A DNA stretch of 56,700 nucleotides from contig JBARQW010000108.1 of the NCBI GenBank assembly GCA_049643905.1, positions 1 through 56,700 on the forward strand, given 5' to 3'. The position numbers were made by a program, and so were the translations under genes. Origin of the DNA: Candidatus Bipolaricaulia bacterium (GTDB taxonomy: Bacteria > Bipolaricaulota > Bipolaricaulia > UBA7950 > UBA9294). The notes under the pieces were generated by a model. The model did no database searches. It saw only the letters and a list, made by a program, of their open reading frames with translations, and had not been told where the DNA came from. This document shows, in pieces, positions 55,649 through 56,700 of the stretch (the stretch's first letter is position 1; each line of letters opens with the position of its first letter).

Positions 55649-56700
55649 ATGTTCAGAGTCACGCACACTGCAAAAGAGAGCCTTGCCCGTGTCGGCACGC
55701 TGACGACCCCTCACGGGAGCGTCGAGACGCCCGCATTCGTTGGCGTTGCCACGCGAGCAACGATCAAAGCGGTCGAGCCGGTCGCCCTGGCCGGGATCGG
55801 CCTGCAGATCATCATTTCCAACACGTACCACCTTCACCTGAGGCCGGGCGAGGAGACGATCGCATCGCTGGGAGGCCTCGGCCGGTTTGCCGGCTGGCCC
55901 GGGCCGACGATGACCGATTCAGGCGGATTCCAGGTGTTCAGCCTCGGCGCGGGAAAGGAGCACGGCGTTGGGAAGATCGCGTCGATCTTCCCCGGCGAAG
56001 GCCAGTCGCAGGGGAAGCACAGAGACGGCGTCTCTCTCGTACGCCTCAGCGAGGTCGGCGCCGACTTCCGCTCGATCATCGACGGATCCCCGCGCATGTT
56101 CACTCCGGAGTCGGTGATACAGATCCAACGCAGGATCGGCGCCGACATCATCCTTCCGCTTGACGAGTGCACGTCGCCTCTGCATGACGAGGACTACACC
56201 AAGCGCGCGATGGAGCGAACGCACCGTTGGGCGCGCCGCGCACTCGAAGCCTTCCGACTCCTCCAGGACGACCCGACGTTTCCTAACCGGGATCAGACCC
56301 TCTTCGGAATCGTCCAAGGAGGCGCGTACCGTGCTCTGCGCGAAGAGAGTGCCCGCATCATCGCCGGGATGGGCTTCCCTGGATTCGCGATCGGCGGCTC
56401 TCTCGGACGCTCGAAGGACGAGATGCTCAGCGTTCTCGATTGGACGGTCCCCCTCCTGCCGGACAATCGGCCCCGGCACCTCCTCGGGATCGGGGAGATC
56501 GAGGACATCTTCGCCGCGGTTCGCCGAGGGATCGACACGTTCGACTGCGCCGCTCCGACGAGACTGGCGAGAAACGGGACCGTCTTCCTCAAAGAGGCTC
56601 CTCGCTTCCGGATCAACCTGAGGAACGCACGATTCAAGATCGACGACCGCCCGATCGACAGTTCGTGCGACTGCCCAACCTGCCGCAGCCATTCTCGCGC
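55649..56700 (+). CDS. tgt: Queuine tRNA-ribosyltransferase (tRNA-guanine transglycosylase), 3'-truncated by the window edge
   Basis: Absent from the ORF track because it has no stop in the window. My own translation gives 'MFRVTHTAKESLARVGTLTTPHGSVETPAF', 'ISNTYHL', 'TDSGGFQVFSL', 'LPLDECT', 'FGIVQGG', 'LLGIGE', 'GIDTFDC' and the Zn site 'CDCPTCRSHSR'. Confidence 0.9.
   Translation, partial: MFRVTHTAKESLARVGTLTTPHGSVETPAFVGVATRATIKAVEPVALAGIGLQIIISNTYHLHLRPGEETIASLGGLGRFAGWPGPTMTDSGGFQVFSLGAGKEHGVGKIASIFPGEGQSQGKHRDGVSLVRLSEVGADFRSIIDGSPRMFTPESVIQIQRRIGADIILPLDECTSPLHDEDYTKRAMERTHRWARRALEAFRLLQDDPTFPNRDQTLFGIVQGGAYRALREESARIIAGMGFPGFAIGGSLGRSKDEMLSVLDWTVPLLPDNRPRHLLGIGEIEDIFAAVRRGIDTFDCAAPTRLARNGTVFLKEAPRFRINLRNARFKIDDRPIDSSCDCPTCRSHSR

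Noticed and set aside
1-56700. CRISPR arrays, IS elements/transposases, integrases, prophage genes, toxin-antitoxin pairs, rRNA
   Set aside because: None of these were seen. There are no regularly spaced direct repeats, no DDE or tyrosine-recombinase motifs in any long ORF, and no rRNA-like conserved stretches. The window looks like chromosomal core rather than an accessory island.

Overview
GC-rich window with strong third-position GC bias. It looks like a bacterial chromosomal core region, probably from an uncultivated diderm lineage, since it carries an LptF/G permease, an OstA/LptD-like module and a beta-barrel-like protein. I could not assign taxonomy. I support about 47 protein-coding genes. 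All family calls come from motifs read by eye in the supplied translations; no searches were run. Housekeeping genes dominate: holB, ricT/yaaT, hflX, murA, rho, dinG, miaB, aspS, rplM, purA, ileS, tldD/pmbA, upp and tgt. One co-directional minus-strand array runs from miaB (20818) to hflX (8927), and several gene pairs have ATGA-type start/stop overlaps. Metabolic genes include a tungsten-type aldehyde:ferredoxin oxidoreductase coupled to mobB, an acyl-CoA synthetase and M20/M42 peptidases. There is also an amidohydrolase coupled to a MoaD/SAMP-like protein ending in GG, and a C-N hydrolase. I found no rRNA, tRNA, CRISPR array, transposase or integrase. The most unusual loci are listed here. 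(1) An LptF/G ORF continues, through one in-frame TGA and one frame switch, into an OstA/LptD-like module. (2) A three-gene secreted vWA/PKD cluster shares an unrecognised 'LPxGW' domain and a repeated 'AYWLTG..D.LP' tail. (3) Two long convergent spacers look like ncRNA loci, one of them with an orphan near-consensus promoter plus a 13-bp hairpin. (4) There is a very acidic beta-barrel-like protein. (5) A NosD-like beta-helix is fused to a DUF192-like tail. Many long ORFs in the track are antisense shadow ORFs or 5' over-extensions.
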